Source: Convolutriloba macropyga (lineage: Eukaryota). From it: 64,000 nucleotides of DNA. The notes beneath the pieces were generated by a model that saw only the letters and a list, made by a program, of their open reading frames with translations, did no database searches and was not told where the DNA came from. The position numbers and the translations under genes were made by a program. The DNA lies in NCBI RefSeq assembly GCF_964194025.1, contig NC_134476.1:17484001-17548000 (forward strand), in the 5' to 3' direction. Positions 50,597-63,388 of this stretch are shown piece by piece (positions within the stretch are counted from its first letter, which is position 1; every line of letters starts with the position of its first letter).

Positions 50597-51435
50597 TTTT
50601 AGTATATGGTAGTCTCTAATTCTCTAAAAAATATAAAAATCTTTAAAATTAAAACTAATACTCTTTATTGGATAATTGTGTAAAAATACTGTAAAATCAT
50701 TATGGAGGTGAAGTCCTTATTGTGTAATTCAGACATTCAACACTAAAACCAACAAGTAATTTCACTAAAAACTTCAAGTAATTTTAATATTGCTTAAATA
50801 AGTTTGTATTCGTATCCTTTTGTTTATCCGCTTTAAAAAAACTGAAATTTGTTTCAACATGGTTTCAAGGACAGAATTTTCTCTCTGCCTGGTATCAAAT
50901 GTTGAAAAAAGATTGGTCAATTGTTTTTCTCAGCTGCAATCCTAACTGTTAGCACATTCCTTCAAAAAACTAAGATCTATCAATTGGAGTTTAGAAAGAA
51001 CGAAAATGATCTCATTGTTTGCAGAGTTGGTGACATACAGTAAAAGTTGCACAACTAACACGTCACGATGTAGAAACTTGTCTGCAACTTTAATGCATAC
51101 CCGGACCCTAGTCCCAGCACAATTCAGCGCTGAATCCGAACGTTCCCATATTAAATCAGAAAATCAGTTCTGAATCAGTACATTTGCAGTCCAATTATAG
51201 GTTTTTATGAGCAGGACAAATTCAGAAAACTTTTTTAATCATGATTTTGTACTTGACAGATTAAACTTGATTTTTACCATGATCAGACAAAATTCATGTA
51301 AATTTTGAAATTTTTGATTTCACCAAAAAAAAGCATAGGATAGTGAAATTAAACTTATTTAGTTCTGAGTTAAAATGACCTTGGTCAAACTGGGACCGTT
51401 ATCTGCTAACACTTTTGAAGACCCTTGCACGATTA

Positions 51436-52330
51436 CCCGGGTCGAGAAAAAAATGCAAAAATATGTAAGATAAGCGGTGAAAAGTTAGTTTTTTCACCGC
51501 AAATTTCGTACATAATTTTGCGGTGAAATGCGGTGAATGCGGTGAAATTATGTAAGTTCACCGCTAGATTAAGCGGTGATTTTACAAAAATTCACCATAA
51601 TTCACCGCTAAAATATGTAATTTCACCGCCCTTACAAGGGTCCGAACCTCTCACCTCCTGCATGTCATCCACTTCTTCTTCCACTGCGCCATCTCTCACT
51701 AAATTTTATTATTTTTTGTTTGATTATAAATCGAATTCACTCTACTTTCTGCAAAAACATGCGCGGTGAATTTTTGTAAGATTTGCAATTTTTAGCGGTG
51801 AAATTACATATTTTAGCGGTGAAATGTGGTGAATTTTTGTAAGTTCACCGCTTACTCTAGTGGTGAAATTAGATAAATTCACCGCTTAGAAAAAGTGTCA
51901 AAAAGATGTAAGATTAAGGGGTAGTTTTAGTGGGAAGGCAAATCTAACAATTCCTCCCACACTCACCATTAGTTTCAACGCATTCTTTGCTGATCTCAAA
52001 CATCTCTAACAATTTTTTCTAAGCGGTGAATTTATGTAAGTTCACCACTAAGTTGAGCGGTGAATTTATGTATTTTCACCGCATTCACCGCTTATCTTAC
52101 ATAATTTGGACACTTTTTTTCGAAGTGGTGAATTTATGTAACTTCACCGCTAAATTCAGCGGTTAAATTATGTAATTTCAGCGCTACCAGCCGATAAAGT
52201 TTTTTTCACCGCATTCACCGCCTAATTTATGTAATTTCACCGCATTCACCGCTTATCGTACAAAAATTTCCGCATTAACCGCTTATCTTACATAATTTTG
52301 CGTTGAATGGCGGTGACACCTCGACCCGGG
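51436..52330. mobile_element. Foldback/MITE rich in TTCACCGC repeats with a tRNA-like core, copy 2, TSD TA
   Basis: ta|CCCGGGTCGAG ... CTCGACCCGGG|ta, with the tRNA-like core inverted at 51626-51691. Confidence 0.8.
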
Positions 52331-52871
52331 TATATTATCTTGAAAGAGGACCTACTAGAATTTTAGTTGATATCCTTTGTTCGTGGAAGACTCGTACCCG
52401 CTAACCGTTAACCGTGTAGTGTCGGATTTTTGTCGCTGAAGATAGGTTCCTGACAACCCACCCTTCGATATAAACATATCTATCCAAAAACTTTCTTAAA
52501 CACTCAAAAACACCTCAAATATATACTTTAAGAACCCGTATTAGGCTTAAACATCATCTAACACGTAGAATATTGTCTTAGTAAACATGGTATATGAGCT
52601 AACTACTTGAACCCATTAGACACCTATAAAAATTAGTAGTTTATACACTGGTTGACTAAAAGGAGGCATTTTTATGACTCGTTAATATCGGTAGAACCTT
52701 GTCACTCAAGACTGCAAAAAGTTGACTATCTGATTTCGTATGTAATAGCTCTGATTTCGATTGTATATAATAGCTTAACTATCTTTTTTCAGAAAAGCGG
52801 CAATTATACCTCAGGAAAACCAATGAAAAAGCACATAAACAATTTTAAAAAATATTGTAATGGTTCGTCTT

Positions 52872-53423
52872 GCGCTGAACCATCATATTTCAAGTGTAAA
52901 AACCTAATTCAGCTCTGAAGCATTGCATCTCCAGATTTTTTAGGTTTCTTTATGTGCAGTTCTTCTTCATTATGATTATTTTGAGGTCATGGAGATAGCT
53001 TAGGCTAAATTTCTCCTGTACAGTCTGAAAATCAATCATACCTCAAAATTAAGTCTGAGCAGATTAAAATTATACTTTTGTAGCTTATAACTGGTAATTA
53101 CTATAGTAGTATCAAGACTGTTTATATATAAGCTAGTTTGTAGGCAATTACCACAAAGCCCATTAAACTTAGTGGTTAAGACCTGTTACGCGAACTAAAT
53201 GTTACAAGCACATATGCGGAAGTTTGAATCGCATGTAAATCAAACCTTTTTGGCGGGTGTTATGCTGAGCATATTATTTTTCTTGAAGTAAATTTTACTC
53301 AAAACTCAAAACTGGCCCGTGTAAATTGGGATATGAACAGGCAATCTGGATACTGGCAATCAAGAAAAACAGAATGTATCTATACTCATTCAGCGCTGAT
53401 TTGCTCTGCCACCAACCTCCGGG
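52872..53423. mobile_element. Truncated inverted copy of the 25923-26492 MITE
   Basis: CAGCGCTGATTTGCTCTGCCACCAACCTCCGGG end. The internal taggcaattaccacaaagcccatt is the reverse complement of ~26172-26195. Confidence 0.75.
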
Positions 53424-56400
53424 TGGTTTTCTGCAAAGAGCCAATAATTGCAGGAAATCTTAGTAGATAACCGTTTTTTGCAGCAATGTTGCCAAATCTC
53501 ATCAGATAAACGCCTCCTTGGTAGTTCCGCCAGAACAAAATGTAATACAAAAATTTTCACGGCTAAATTGGTTTCGAATTGTCTAGCACTCATTAGACCA
53601 CACGAAGCGGAGCACGGTCAAAAGAAAAATTTTGAGGAGCACTTTTTCAGCAAAACGCATTGCTTGAAATTATAAATCCTCCCTGATCACAATTTTTCAC
53701 GTTCTGAAGATTAGCCAAAACCAGGTCAGTTTTAATTTCTTATCTCTGAATTAATCTAATCATTCATTGCATAAGAACTCAAAAATATTTGGAGAAATTT
53801 TTGATTTTCTAAATTCTAGAATTAATCCACAGAGAATTCAATCAATTTTTTCAGACCAACAATTGGTACAGCAGTTCACAAGAGCGGTTTCAATTGTGAG
53901 TATCTAAAATTAAGAGATTTTCATTGACCTTGAAAAAATGTTACGAATATTTTTCACCACCAATAATTATTTTAAAACTTGGTTTTTTGCAAATTTTTTC
54001 AAAAAATTATTATTGAATTGTTTCAATAGGTTAATAACTTCTAAGATGAAATTTTGGCTTTCTGTAATGATCAACTTTTTACAATTTTTTCTTCATTTTT
54101 TACTCACAATTGATTTTTCAACGCAGACGCAAAAGTTTCTTTGTTCTGAAAATCATGGTCAACATTTCCCTCTGACGTGCAATATTTTTTGAAAAACGAT
54201 GCGAAGCTCGTTGAAACTGTTTTTGAGATAGTGGACGTAGACTTTTTTCAATAATGTCAACTCGAGAACTAAAGTTTAGTTCTACAAATTAAAAACTTTT
54301 GGGAAATTCTGACTGATTAGCTCTTACTAGAGAACCTCTCTTGGGTCAAACTGACAAGGCGTGGCGTGTTCGTTGACGAGCAATTAATTAGGTTACTCTT
54401 CGAAGATGAAACCTCGTTATCAATAAAATATGAAAACCGATTTTTTGTCTGCAACTTGGGTAACTTCATTTAATTTTTAAACCGTGACGAAGGAAGTGCA
54501 TTTAAGTTTTGTAATTTAATTGATGGCTCAATTTTATTATGAAATTTCTCAATTTATATCGCTTTGCAGTATGATCAACCAACTTAGTTGCAAGAATTTC
54601 TGCATACATGAGAACAAATTTTCAACTTCACCACCTACTTCAAAAAAATTCAAAAGCTATTTCTTTTAACTCTAAATGTTTTGGAGATAATAGATAACAA
54701 AGAAACTAAATTTTAAGGAGTATTTTTCCAATTGAAGCTTCATAAGCAACGCATCTTCTATACTGACTGATCAAATAATTTTGTTATGTTGCCAAAAAAC
54801 TTTTTCATTCGTTTTCTTAAGCCAAACAAACACTGTCTCAACCGACCGCAGACTGGTAATTGATTGTCTGTCCCTTAACGAGACAATGAGGATACTTGAA
54901 AAAAAAACCATCATTCAACCTAAACGGGAAACTTGATGTCGGCTCTGTTACAGTGTCAAAGATTGAGTTTCTTACTTTATCTCAAAACACCATTGCTGAG
55001 GACAAGAACAGATTTCTCATTAAAAACAGTTTGTACAACTACATTCTTATTGTAAAAAATAGTTTCCGATCTACAAAAATGAGAGCCACTTTAACAAAAA
55101 TGAGCTTTTTGAAATTGATCGCTTCATTGATCAATTATTCCTCCACTTATTGATTGAATTTTTGTTGAAAAAAATAAATCCAAAAAAATTCACTCGACAA
55201 TGTCAGCTTACAAAACCAATCGAACAAGAAAATCAAAGTTTCTTGAACTTCTGACGTTTTAGATGAGCTGAAATAGGAATATTACGGTCTAGCAGTACTA
55301 GATTTTCAAAGGAGATTTCCAATTGCATCTTGATAAATGCGTTTGATCTAATGTAATTGCTGTGCTTAAAATGAATATGGTTTTTTCAGCTGAGGGAACT
55401 GCAAAAACCACATTTCTCATTAATTTTTTTAAAAGAATTTTTAATTTTCTCATTTGTGTACTAAACAAATGCAGCAATATCATCGTCATTAAGGCATTTT
55501 TTTTTGTTTTGTAGTTAAGAAAATAATAAATGGCTTTAATAAAATTCACCTAACTTAAGTCTCAATTATGCAATTTCCACCTGGAAAGCTGTCAAGTCTT
55601 TTTTCTTCAATGATCGAGAAGCTCTACTGGCAGGGACCAAAATTTTGTTTCTGATTAAGAAAAACTTTTAAAACTGTATTCTCATAGCAACAAATAAGGC
55701 TCACGAATTGTTCATATAGTCTCCAAATATTAAACTGAGTCACTGCTCTAGACTGTTACAGCTCACACAAAGCAATCAAATACGATGATTAACTTCAAAA
55801 ATTTTTCGAAATTTGGCCCATTTTTTTCCAAAAATTTTTGAAAATTTGTCTTAAGAATACTTAAATAATTCAGAGATACCAGATTTGAGTGATACTTATC
55901 CCATTGGCCTAACTTGACGAAGTGTTAACTCAACAGTTCACATTATGATTACAGTTATTCTTGAGATCAAAAACTGTACAGACTGTTACTTTTGAAAATT
56001 TTGCTGACAATATTTGTTTATTTTCAGTTTACGAAAACTGATAACCGTTACTAAAGGTAGTGATAACCGTTACAAAAGAACATATTTAAGCTTCACTGGC
56101 ATCTTTATCTTTTATCTAGATGCTACAAAAAAACTTTCGGAATTCAAGTTAGATTAAGTCAAGAATTTGTTAGACTCAACTCCAGAGGCTCGTTCTGGAT
56201 CTATGCAAGTATGTTAGTAGTCAGTCACATGCGTTTCTGGAAGAAATCACAAGAGTAAATAAATGACAAAATTTGACAAACTATACAATGAGATTCATAC
56301 ACATTACCAGATTCATTAAACAGAAGATTAAAATAATATAAAACATTATAATATTAAATACAAGACTGAGGAGCTAAACTTAGTCAGATGTGAGATGGAT

Positions 56401-58796
56401 AATCTGGCCTCCCTCCCTTCTTTTAACAAAGCCAGCCTAATGTCGTATCTTAGATCTGCATAAATGAGGCGCCAGGGGATATTTCACCTGAAGAAAGAAA
56501 CGGATGAGCCTGAAATAATTTGATCATATTTAATCAAATTTGATAACCTCAGCAAATAAGTTGGATTACTTTTAAACAAGCCTAACTTGATTCAATGCGG
56601 TTTCTTCGTAAATAGTTGCGCAGCCCATAATGCTTATACATCGTCAATGACAAACAATTGATAAAAAGTCTAAAAATGACACTATGTTTCTCGTATGATT
56701 ACATTCTTGTTTAATTCAGTAAACTATATCCCAGATAAACACATTGGAAACAAGTCTGCATACATAACTATTATTGACAACCAATAATTCTGGTTGAAAG
56801 CTCAGGATGTCGATTTTTGTATCAATTGTAAGTGATCACACAAACTGGTGTTGCTTCAAATATCGCAAAATTACACCCCAGTATTGGATTAAACTACTGA
56901 TCGGAATATTTTAGAATACAATTTGCCGTGTTAGCTGAAACAAAGTCGATAGGTGCGTATATAACTTTTACATAAATAATTTCAATTTACATAATACATT
57001 TTGCTGTCTGATTAAATAAGCAATCAAAATACAAAAAAAAACAGAATATTTTTTATTGCTTTCCGGCTCAAGTACGTTTTGGGCTCTTAATTTCCAAATT
57101 CCTTCTGTGAGTACTGTTCCAAATGACTAGATCAGGTTTCAGTCTGACCAGAGACAATTTTGAGTGGAAAGCGATCAAATTAGAGAAAACTTTTCGCACA
57201 ATTTAGTCTGCTCTGCGACAATTTGGAGATCATTTCCCGGAAAAAAATTCAATTCTTGATCAGTACTTGTCCAGTGAGATACAAGTCTTGAATTGACAAA
57301 TCACAACTGATCAGCTCTTCTCTCAAGTCTTAAGACTTGCGAAGAAATGTATTTCGGAATTAGAAAAAATGATTAAAAAAATTATACGAGAAATTTTTCA
57401 TTTATTGAACCCAAAACTATTTTTTTTTTCAATTGGTAGAAAAATTGGGCCATGACTTGTATCTTTGGGCGATATCAGAATTTTTTCATTTTTCATCAAG
57501 TGAACTCTATGGAAGTGCTAGTATTGTCTTGTGCTTCTTTTTTCAATTTGGTGAGCTTTTTAGGCAGACCACTGAAAGTGGCCACCTTCTTCATTTGTAA
57601 CCAAATGAACTCAAACCAAAAATGAAAACTGTGCTCAATGCTTTAACCAAGACTTGTCAAGTCTTTTTCAAGACTTGCTCAAGACTTTACTAAAGATTTG
57701 CCCAGACTTAAGACATGATTTAAGACCTGCAAAATGTAAAAAGTGACATGATCAGAGCTGTGATACAGTACTGATCCAAGAATTGCAATTTCATTGAATG
57801 AGTATCGATTAATAATTGACGTTCAGTCCCCGTTAACTTTTATCAATTCTGTTTGTTCTGATGAGAACAAACAGGTCCAGCATCAAGAATGAGCCCGTCC
57901 CCTTTAAAGGGTATAAATGACTGAGAAAGAAGTTTTATCAAAATCTGCTCTTTTCCAGCTATTTCGAAAGAACGATGCAACAATTGTATACAAAAAGTGC
58001 TAAATAAAAAAATCTAAGATCTTTTAAGATTCTTAAAATATATCTTTCAATCGTCAAAGTATAATGTGTGTCTTGTAAGGTACTTCTAAGATCTTAATAT
58101 TTGTTGCTATTTTTGGGAAGTCTTACAAGGTTAGAACATTTCTTATATGAATCTTACGACTTTTTGAAATTCTTATAAGATCTTACAAGTTCAGAATATA
58201 TCTTGTAAGTCTATTATAAAATCATACAAGATTAATGCATTAATTTGTAAGGCTATATAAAAATTTTAAAAGATCTTGTAAGATATGCAATGGTCAATGA
58301 CCAGGGCCTCTCAAATTTTGAAATTAGTTGACAAATGTGTTTCATTTAATAATGCTAATCTTATTCTACTATTTCCAACGCAAGTTCTGTTTTTATGTTT
58401 TCTTGTACGATTCCCAGCTCCCGATAGTCTGATCGGATATCAAATCGAGCTCGCTTAGTCTGATTACGCAGAATTACGTCGCAAGATAGTCTGATCAGAA
58501 ACAATTTGGGTTTGAGCGCAAAATGGATTGATCCTAAAACGCAGGTTCTACTGATCATCAGTCATTTTGAGAGCAACTCAAGCGACTGAAAACTTTTGAG
58601 CAATTTTGAGTGACGTCAGATTAGCTTTCAGGGCATTTCGAGCGCAGTAAAAGAAACTTTGAGTGCGTTTGAGTCTGAACAGATATCATTTCGGTCTGAG
58701 ATGGGCTGCTCAGAGATGGTTTTTCTCTGCCACTTTGCTCAGGGGTTGGTTTAGGCACAAATTGAACAATTAATTAAAAATTCATTGCATACGATC

Positions 58797-59010
58797 TTTT
58801 TCTGTTCTCAATGAAGAAAATGCAGCCTGTCATCAATCTATATCAGATGACATGATACAAAATATAATGCATAAAAATGGTCGTATTTTACCAATTGCTT
58901 TTAATCAATCGGCAAAATACCAAAATTTTTTATTCATTATAAGTGTCATGTCATCTGATATAGATTGATGACAGGCTGCTTTTTTTGTTTTTCATTGGGA
59001 ACAGAAAAAA
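58797..59010. repeat. ~210-bp foldback palindrome with 34-bp perfect stem
   Basis: 58822-58855 is the exact reverse complement of 58946-58979, with imperfect pairing inside and outside. Confidence 0.9.
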
Positions 59011-59160
59011 AATCATTATATAAGTCAAGTTGTATAGGGCCAAAGGTATACTTTATTAAATTTTTAAATAGTTTTTCTGCAGATGTAACACAGATGTATT
59101 CATGAAGAAACTCGTGTTTAAAAAGGTAATTTTTCTAGAGAAATAACGGCAGCGTGAGCA

Positions 59161-59301
59161 ATGAGCAACACTGTAGTGAAAGAACTCATTACCAGATACT
59201 CTTATGGGACAATAAAAGATACAACGTCTACTACAACTGCCAGTTCAGCCGTGGAAATGGAACCACTCCAGTCAGAGATCCAAGAACCCACTGTTGAACA
59301 G
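59161..59301 (+). CDS. Aquaporin B, first coding exon (MSNTVVKELITRYSYGTIKDTTSTTTASSAVEMEPLQSEIQEPTVEQ)
   Basis: ATG in gcaATGa context with an in-frame TGA two codons upstream. 47 open codons end at the phase-0 donor CAG|GTAAAG, compatible with the phase-0 acceptor at 62621. Motifs are shared with the paralog A N-terminus. Not in the ORF track. Confidence 0.75.
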
Positions 59302-60949
59302 GTAAAGAAATAATTGCCCTAATTTTCCCTCCAATAGATTCAGTGATACCCTCAGAGCTCAAGGAAAAATTTCTCCTGCAAATCTTAACTAGTATAATAG
59401 AATCCTCAAAACTAATTTCTAAATGACTAAGAACAAAGTTTTGCTCCATACAGATCATTAAAAACAATCATGGTGTGGTTTACGATTTCTCCCGTTTTAC
59501 CAAAAATGCATCATTTATTTTTTGATATACTTAGAACTTCTTTCACCAAAACATTTTTTGAACAGCCTCTAGGTAATAAGGGGGTTTCAGCCTCACCAAT
59601 GATACAACGAAAGATTAATTTGGATTTGTTTTCACACCGTCCGTTTTATAATATTTTTTTGCAATTTTCTTCGTCCCAATTACAGGCAATTTGATTTTCG
59701 TTTTGAAAAGCTAAATCAAAAAGAAACCCCGTTATTTTAAAATGAGACAAAAAGAATGAATATTGGGTTTTTCTGAGTAAAGCTCATTTTTATGGATTCT
59801 AAAAGTGTCTTCGTATTTTTTAAGGAATTCTTGAGTTTTGCCAGGACTTGTTAGTTTCATAGTCTTAGGACGGAGTCTAAACATTCACAGGTCTTATTTG
59901 TTGTCTATGGAACTACTAAAAAAATCTAATGCTTTCAGTTTATACCTAATGGTTTTTCGCTACTATAACTCGATAATTATCCAAAAATCATCATTTAAAT
60001 TGATATATTACCCGTTTTGTCTATTTAGCTTTTCGGGTAAATTTTGACATACTTTTGTTTTATTGGACGAGCAGCAATAGGAGGGTTAGCATTGGCCTAA
60101 TCTTTACAATTCAATAACTTTTTCGATTGTTACGGGACGCACGGTTTCCGAAAAAAAATTGCCTTTATGTTTTTTTTTCATGTTAACAGCAGACCAAACT
60201 GATTTCAAGTCGGAGTTCAATTATTGACGATTCAAATTTACGTGCAAATGAAGACCAATCAACTTTTTTTTGCTTCAGCATCTTTTTTGTTTAAAAGTAT
60301 GTGTGAAGTTTTGAGTTGTGCCTGTTTTCATTGTTATTATGAACTATTTTGAAGTAACCTAAGTGTGACTTGTCTCCGTGTATGAAACAAGGGAACCATT
60401 TTGCTGTGTTTTAGTTGGAAACATATGATCGTTTTTTTCTCGGCAAATTTGAAAAAAACATAATTTCAAATAAATATGATTGGTTTTTGCACATTTGCCA
60501 TTTCTGTCTCATTTCAGTCGCGTTTTAGCGTTGTCACAGCAAACCATCTGGTCACCTCGGATGCGTCACGATATAGCATTCCTTGCTGTTTTATCTTTTG
60601 AGTGACTTTTATTTGGTTTTGAAGCTACGACTTTTCGAAATTTTCTTTTTTCTAGCATTTTTCAGTGCTTGTGGACCTTTTTGGTGTCTTGTCCATTTAG
60701 AACTTTCAGAACAAGTCACACATCACAATTGTGGCAATGAGGGGAAAAATAATTGATTGTACTTGTTGTTCCTATTGAATAGATAATGATACCAAACCTT
60801 TCGCCACTGTTTCCCTGCAATAATGTACTTTTCGATTTCCGCTTTTATTTGTTTTTATTTGTATTCGAATGCAAAGTGGATGCTCAGTGGTCTCAATGGT
60901 CTTCTAACGAGATATAACTGAGTGCATTACTAAATAAATTATTAAAATA

Positions 60950-61692
60950 GACCGCCTGAATACAATCCAAATTATTTTTGGATTGTAACAGTCCAAGATT
61001 AGTCCAAAACTAGCCCTGCTAATGCTGTTCGTCCATTAAGAACACAAAACTTTTCGATTTTCATAGATATAGATATTTTGTTAGTTAAAAAATCAAAAAT
61101 AAATGCTGCGTTTTTGATAATCAACGAATAATGATAGCAAAAGACGGCAAAGGTTTAATTACAGCTCTCTCAACGGAAGTTGAAGTGAAAATAGCCCCCT
61201 TTGAGTGGGCAAAGATTGGGTTAGTGGTTTTTGGGTGTGCACTTCCTGCAAATTTAGTCAAAGTGGGCTAAAGAAAATTATTTCGTGCTGTTTTTGATGA
61301 AAAATTGTGAGTTTTGTTAAATATTTAGCCAGAATTTTTGATTAAAAATTAAATAAAAATAGCCAACATTATTTTTTGTCTTTAAAAAGAAAAACAACAA
61401 CACTTTTTTAAAAAATCTTAACAAGTTCCAGCATTTTAGTCAAATATTCCGAAAAATGTGAATAAAATCAACGGAATTCACTCTAATTTCTCAAAAGTTC
61501 AAACTTCGATAACTCCCTGTAAAAAACGAAAAACAAAATAATCTTTTTAGTTCCATATTCTACGATGGACAAGCTTTCTAATAATACCAGTCTCAACTCT
61601 CTACGATGAATATATCGATCGGCCAAGCTTGTCTGAACAAAAAACCCCATTTGAGTATATAGTCCCCCCCCCCCTCAAGAGGAGTCGGAACA
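60950..61692 (-). mobile_element. Helentron/HINE-like element, copy 4 (5' part, inverted; in aquaporin B intron)
   Basis: Its reverse complement aligns by eye with 16515-~17265 (e.g. agcagggctagttttgg..atcttggactgttacaatccaaaaa). No 3' hairpin end was recognised. Confidence 0.7.
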
Positions 61693-62620
61693 GCAATGCA
61701 AGCATGATTGGATGTCTGTTTACATATCACAACGAGGGCCAAGACTAACAACAAGCCTTGCAAGTTCGCTAATTCTTGGGCAAGATTTGCGTGATCTATT
61801 CCAGGAATTATCATTTGATAGACAATCAAAAAACAACTTTCAAAACTTTTTGAATGAAAAATGTATTTTCGAATGTCCCAAGGTTCCTCAGAACTGATAT
61901 CAAATGACATCAGCTTGCGATATAGCAACCCGTGGGGTCATATGAGCAGGTAATGGGGGAAGTTTTAGTAGTGTTCCGCGGATTACTGCCAGTTTTCAGC
62001 CAAATTTAAGCCTGGATTTTGCCTAAATTACAAAAAGGTTTCTTTTTTCATGTTGACTTAGTTTTCAAAATTTTAGTTTTAAATTTGACAATATGAAATG
62101 GGGGGATGCTAAATATTAACGTGAAAATCAGATTGAAGTCCAAAGAACTTTTGGACAATTTCCTGACTATTGCAATGTTTTGGGATAATCTTTGGACAAT
62201 TTCCCGCAAATTATACGGAATTTTCTGGCTCGCGTACACTTGGATTTAGACTTAACGCCTCAATCAAGACTCGTATTTTCATATGCAAGACTTGGTCGAG
62301 ACTTAGAAGTTGACTTGCAAGTATGGGCCAAGACTTTGCAACTGGACTTGTACGTCTGGGGTCACGAATTGGATTTGGACCGTCGAATCCTGGACAAGAT
62401 CTTGCAAGTTTTGACCAAAAAGTGCAGAAGACTTCTAAGTTTATAAAGTTCGTTAGGTCCAGATAAGTTTTGAGTTACATTTGTAACATTTGTTTTGAGT
62501 GAATGTTCGTTAGGTCTAGATAAGTTTTGAGTTACATTTGTAATAATTCTGCATGTAACCCACAAATGAAGTACTACCCCAGGGACCGAGAGTTGATAAT
62601 TGAGCGCTCGTTTTATTAAG

Positions 62621-63030
62621 GACGAGCCTGCGACGAAAGAAGTAAAAATCCTCGGTCGAACATTTGTCTCAGGAGCTGACGAGATCAAAACCTTTGAATT
62701 CTGGCGAGCAGTTTTTGGCGAATTCCTGGCAACTTTCTTCTTCCTCTTGACATGTCTAATCGGTGTCTGGAGCCCGGGGAACTTAGTTGCTGGAGCACTC
62801 GGTACGGGACTGACAATCGCGATTCTAGTCCAGATGTTTGATTCGATTTCTGGAGCCAATGTCAACCCAGCTGTATCTCTGGCTCTTTTGATTAATGGGC
62901 AACTTTCAATCCTGAGGGGTGTGATGTACATAGTTTTCCAGATGGTTGGGGGAATCTTGGGTGCTGGAGTTGTAAAGCTGGCGTCATTAGATATCCCAGA
63001 GAATGTTTCAGATGAACTTCTCTTCAGCGG
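62621..63030 (+). CDS. Aquaporin B, exon encoding TM1-TM3 and first NPA; gene continues beyond the window
   Basis: Acceptor ttttattaag|GAC. Translation ILGRTF...EFWRAVFGEFLATFFF...SGANVNPAVS is clearly paralogous to 15573-15991. Phase-2 donor GG|GTTATT is at the equivalent position. Confidence 0.92.
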
Positions 63031-63304
63031 GTTATTTATAAAAATGATTTGTGACATAGACATCTGAAGAAGGATTTCAGAAAAATATATCTGGAAAATT
63101 ACATAACAGATTTTTATTTTTCTCGTGTTTAGTACCTACGGGTGAACTGACACATCAAGTTTACAATTGAAAATAGTAGGATGCATTTTTTGGCGGAACT
63201 GGCTTTTTCCCCAATTTTTGGGAAGAACTGGCTATGATAATAAAGCGTTGCATTCTTATTAGTGCGTTGTCATACGTTTTTCATCTCTAAGCCAGATCTA
63301 ATTG

Positions 63305-63306
<2 letters not shown>

Positions 63307-63382
<76 letters not shown>

Positions 63383-63388
63383 ATATAT
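63307..63388. repeat. (TA)n microsatellite
   Basis: Read directly from the sequence. Confidence 0.98.

Noticed and set aside
54780-55900. Possible decayed transposase or zinc-finger relic
   Set aside because: Only scattered Cys/His residues and many stops; no diagnostic motif.
56380-57912. Coding-looking patches (56380-56510 minus; 57861-57910 plus) as extra exons
   Set aside because: Short with no homology. Paralog B has an in-frame stop just upstream of ATG 59161, so they cannot extend its CDS through that exon.
57640-58745. CAAGACTT/CTTGTAAG/TCTGATCAG-rich patches (also 10167-10553, 27500-27800, 62240-62430) as defined elements
   Set aside because: Probably MITE debris, but matching termini could not be established.
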